Of a stretch of DNA of 64,000 nt, positions 60,976 through 64,000 are shown in pieces (positions within the stretch are counted from its first letter, which is position 1; each line of letters opens with the position of its first letter). The DNA lies in assembly GCA_965223005.1 (NCBI GenBank), contig CBDCVK010000010.1:489322-553321 (forward strand). The letters are read 5' to 3'. Source of the DNA: Terriglobia bacterium. GTDB lineage: Bacteria; Acidobacteriota; Terriglobia; JAJPHL01; JAPKYU01. The position numbers and the translations under genes were made by a program. The notes beneath the pieces were generated by a model. That model was not told the DNA's origin. It saw only the letters and a list, made by a program, of their open reading frames with translations, and ran no database searches.

Positions 60976-61608
60976 TTATTGTTTGTTGCAAGATTCCAAG
61001 TGTATTCGTAACTCTTGCCATTCCGGCACATCGCGCAAGGGAACTGCCAGTTCCAGCGGCGCCTGTACCTCGCGAAAGGCGTGGGGAGCCAGCGTGCCGC
61101 GCAGTTCAAACAAGAAGGAGGCCAGCGCCGTGCGATCCCGGCTTCCAGCCTGCCGCAGATCCACCCGACAAGAAAGATTCTCCAGTACCTCTCTGCTATG
61201 GTTGGTGACCAGGGCCATGACGCGGGCGCGTGCGGCCCGGTCGGTGTAAATCCGCACACCGGAAACCTCCACGGTCCCGCGAAGCGGCTCAGCGCGCTCC
61301 GGGGGTAACAGCACTAGCTGGGGCGTGGTGGGCGCTGCTGCGGGCACCGGGCGCGCACGCAATTGCCTCAAGGAAGCCAGCACCGAAGGCAGAGCCAGGT
61401 AGACGATAACGGCCAACAGCGCCAGGATTCCACCCATCACCGTCCAGCGCCGCGTCCCGGTCACGCGCACCCGAACACGCCTGCCGCCGGGCAAAGGTTG
61501 CTGACTGGGACGCCCGGCGCACTGCGGACACTCCGATACGGATACGTCCAAGACACGACCACAGCTGTTACAAATCCACTGAAACATGATTGCCTCTTCC
61601 GCGACCAC
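60976..61608 (-). CDS. Hypothetical protein with an N-terminal zinc ribbon (CNSC...CPQC), one TM helix and a C-terminal domain
   Basis: 210 aa. TM segment GGILALLAVIVYLALPSVLA. Confidence 0.4.
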   Translation of the reverse strand: MVAEEAIMFQWICNSCGRVLDVSVSECPQCAGRPSQQPLPGGRRVRVRVTGTRRWTVMGGILALLAVIVYLALPSVLASLRQLRARPVPAAAPTTPQLVLLPPERAEPLRGTVEVSGVRIYTDRAARARVMALVTNHSREVLENLSCRVDLRQAGSRDRTALASFLFELRGTLAPHAFREVQAPLELAVPLRDVPEWQELRIHLESCNKQ

Positions 61609-61787
61609 GCTGGCGCTAGGGCATCCAGCATTTTACCGCCGCTCGCCAGCAAACGCGCCCCTTTCACCTTGACACCAACTTGATATCGGAGCTATTCTGC
61701 AGTTGGCTGATTTGCGCCGCCGACCTCCCTCGGAACGGAGCAGTGGGCACCCTTTTCCGGGTGGCCAGCGGGGCCTGAGGAGGAGCC

Positions 61788-62138
61788 ATGGCCTCGACAT
61801 CCTGTATCCTCGCTGTAGTCAGTGAACCCTCAGATTTCGCCACCCTTTCGGCACACTTACAACCCACTGGGCTTACACTGCACCGCGCGGATGGCCTGCT
61901 GGACGCCATCCTGCGCCAGGCTGATTCCCCAGCCAGCGTAATCCTCTGCGATGCCGACGGCCTGGATTGGAAGGAAGCGGTGAATCTGTTCCGGCGCATG
62001 AAAACACCCGGCGTGGAGACGCTGGACGCCGGCGCCTTTGACCTGTTGGAGAAACCCTACCGGCCCGAAGCCCTGTGCTGGGTGGTGTCTACTGCACTGA
62101 AGCGCCGCACGGCACAAGCCGCCAGCAGCGCGGCATAA
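61788..62138 (+). CDS. Single-domain response-regulator receiver (CheY-like), possibly atypical
   Basis: ILAVVSEPSD...ILCDADG (phospho-acceptor Asp)...LEKPY (conserved Lys). Confidence 0.45.
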   Translation: MASTSCILAVVSEPSDFATLSAHLQPTGLTLHRADGLLDAILRQADSPASVILCDADGLDWKEAVNLFRRMKTPGVETLDAGAFDLLEKPYRPEALCWVVSTALKRRTAQAASSAA

Positions 62139-62433
62139 GAGTTCCCTCGGATTGCTCAGGCAACTACGCGGAGGCATCCCACTCAGGGGGGATGCTCTGC
62201 GCGACTGCCTCTACCGCGCCCGCCGCTTGTTCCTCACCTGGCTGGCCCGCAGCTTGGCTTTCTTGCGTTTCGGCTTGGAAATCAGAAAGGTGCCGCTGCC
62301 CATGTTCTTCGCCTGCCAGGTCTTTTTGGGTTCCTGAGCCATTCAATGTCCTCTTCTTCAGGCGAGCTACAGGGCTCGCTTCGGGATTTTAATCTTACAC
62401 TCTCTCACCCGACGCGTCCAGCGGGCGGTAGCC

Positions 62434-63738
62434 TCAATCGGGTACTCGGTAGATCGTTAGGCCGGAGAGAAGCTTCGGGTAGAAGTCGGTGGATTTCTGC
62501 GGGAGCACACCTCCACTGAAGGCGATCTCCCGCATTTGTTCAATCCGCACGGGATTGAGGAAGAAGCAGGCAGCCGCCCCGTCGGCCACTGCCTTGAGAC
62601 CCACCTCAAATTCCCGTACGTACTCCAGGAACTTTTGCTCGCGGACGGCCCGCTCGTTGATCCCCAGGCAGCGGGCCAAGAGCAGACTGTGCAGCACCAC
62701 CACGTCCAGGCCGCGCTGGGCGGGAGATAATTCAGCCAGCAAGATGGCCAGATCGGTCTCCGAGCGCAAGCGGAGCAGGAAAAAATCGGGGCCGCCCACG
62801 CCGGTAAGCGCGAGGCCGAGAGCCTGGCCGGCGCCATACGTAGCCAACCGCCGCCGACCTTCCTCCGGGCTCATCGGCAGAGATTCAAAATAACGCCCCA
62901 CGGACTCCAGCAAAGCGGCTCGGTCCAAGCCCGGCAGCCGCGCCAGCAGGCGGTGGGTGGGCAGGATGGTCAGCCCCGGTGCCTCCATGTTCACCAAGGT
63001 CATCATTACCGCCTCGCACCTGCCACCGGAACGGTGTTCGGGCGAGCGCCGGCATTCCTCCCGAAAGGCCAGCGCTGTCTCGTAGCGGTGGTGGCCGTCA
63101 GCGATTAGCAGCTTCTTGTCGGCCATGGCCCGCTGGATGGCTTCAATGGCCGCAGGCCGTTCCTCACGCCACACTATGTGCTCGCCGCCATACTCGTCGC
63201 TCAGCCGAGTGAGCGGTTCGGCGGCCGTGGCTGTGTCCAGCAGGCGCTCCACTTCCCCAGCCGGGTCGGAATAGAGCATAAAAAGCTGGCCGAAGTGAGC
63301 GCGAGTGGATCGCAGCAAATCCAGGCGATCCTGCTTGGGACCCGATAGCGTCTGCTCGTGACGGTACACTACGCCGGCCCGATACTCTTCCAGCCGGCCG
63401 GCGGCAACAAACCCCTTGCGAGTGAGCACCTGATCCGAACCGGGCACAGAGTACCTCTGAAAGTAAGGATAGATGGCAGGGGCGGGATCGGGTCGCAGCG
63501 CGCCCTCCGCCAGCCAGCTCTTCAGGCGTGCCCCCGCTCCGGCGTAGTCTGCGGTTTTGAGGACGTGCGCCAGGTTGTACGGGCTCAGCCGCTGGTAGCG
63601 CGCCAACATCTCCGGAGTGATCTTGTCGTAAGGCTGGGTGATGACGCTCTCCAGGGGGCCTACCTTTTCTGTTACGTAACGCAGAGCCGCGAAGGGGAAG
63701 ACTTGGGCCAAGGGTGCTCCTCCGTCAGGATGATACAA
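62434..63738 (-). CDS. DUF1015-family protein
   Basis: 434 aa. N-terminal ...FAALRY..., conserved HRYE.. core. Size and motifs typical of DUF1015. Confidence 0.6.
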   Translation of the reverse strand: MYHPDGGAPLAQVFPFAALRYVTEKVGPLESVITQPYDKITPEMLARYQRLSPYNLAHVLKTADYAGAGARLKSWLAEGALRPDPAPAIYPYFQRYSVPGSDQVLTRKGFVAAGRLEEYRAGVVYRHEQTLSGPKQDRLDLLRSTRAHFGQLFMLYSDPAGEVERLLDTATAAEPLTRLSDEYGGEHIVWREERPAAIEAIQRAMADKKLLIADGHHRYETALAFREECRRSPEHRSGGRCEAVMMTLVNMEAPGLTILPTHRLLARLPGLDRAALLESVGRYFESLPMSPEEGRRRLATYGAGQALGLALTGVGGPDFFLLRLRSETDLAILLAELSPAQRGLDVVVLHSLLLARCLGINERAVREQKFLEYVREFEVGLKAVADGAAACFFLNPVRIEQMREIAFSGGVLPQKSTDFYPKLLSGLTIYRVPD

Positions 63739-63749
63739 TAGTCCGAGCG

Positions 63750-64000
63750 ATGCAGATTCGCCTGCTGATTTTCGATCTGGACGGCACGCTGATTGACTCG
63801 AAGCTCGACCTGGCGGTAGCGGTCAACGCCACCCGCGCTTCCGTGCATCTGCCTCCCATGGACGAGGAACGAATCTATTCCTACGTCGGCGAGGGCGCGC
63901 CCAAGCTGATCCGGCGGGCGATTGGGCCGAAGTTCACCGAGGAGGAGCTGTCGCGAGCGGTCGAGTTCTTCCTGGCCTATTACCGCGACCACAAGCTGGA
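63750..64000 (+). CDS. HAD-superfamily hydrolase (phosphoglycolate-phosphatase-like), 3' end beyond the window
   Basis: MQIRLLIFDLDGTLIDS: HAD motif I (DxDGT) at the N-terminus. Frame open to the window end. Confidence 0.6.
   Translation, partial: MQIRLLIFDLDGTLIDSKLDLAVAVNATRASVHLPPMDEERIYSYVGEGAPKLIRRAIGPKFTEEELSRAVEFFLAYYRDHKL

Noticed and set aside
62164-62346. 60-aa acidic minus-strand ORF from the six-frame track
   Set aside because: It overlaps, in another frame, a more protein-like basic 43-codon ORF with an RBS. Neither can be confirmed; the acidic one lacks a start context.

Overview
This 64-kb window is high-G+C bacterial chromosomal DNA whose gene content resembles Acidobacteria. 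It contains a respiratory supercluster, a degraded IS-rich island, housekeeping genes, a selenoprotein locus and two candidate accessory modules.

- **Respiratory supercluster (1-9303):** alternative complex III (actB'-C-D-E-F), a SCO copper chaperone, and caa3-type cytochrome oxidase coxB-A-C-D.
- **Degraded, IS-rich island (about 9.3-16.2 kb):** a truncated BamA/Omp85-like POTRA gene and a tRNA-like 3' fragment. An IS256-family element sits in corA and is itself split by a nested IS1182-family element. An IS5-family element with CTAG target duplications lies upstream of the corA remnant.
- **Housekeeping genes:** gltA, two tandem VWA paralogs, kdsB, pyrG, nudix, nnr, tsaE, an SDR, nox/CoADR-like, a redoxin, the mlaFED operon, tsaD, a dnaC-like gene, EF-G, mltD, thrB, thrC, hpt, pmbA/tldD, ahcY and metK.
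- **Most notable hand-found features:**
  - A selenocysteine tRNA (selC, 31091-31185, minus strand). About 3.3 kb away is a PrxQ/Bcp-type peroxiredoxin whose peroxidatic Cys codon is an in-frame UGA followed by a SECIS-like hairpin, i.e. a predicted selenoprotein.
  - An AbiJ-like Abi_C/HEPN protein beside a low-G+C membrane protein.
  - A phosphatase / HipA-like pseudokinase / DUF3037 gene trio.
  - A cytidylate-kinase-like::DUF559 fusion.
  - A histone-H1-like protein with 8 x 27-bp tandem repeats.
  - An imperfect tandem duplication inside actC.

No CRISPR array or rRNA was seen. Functional assignments come from recognisable motifs in the translated ORFs; no database search was run.
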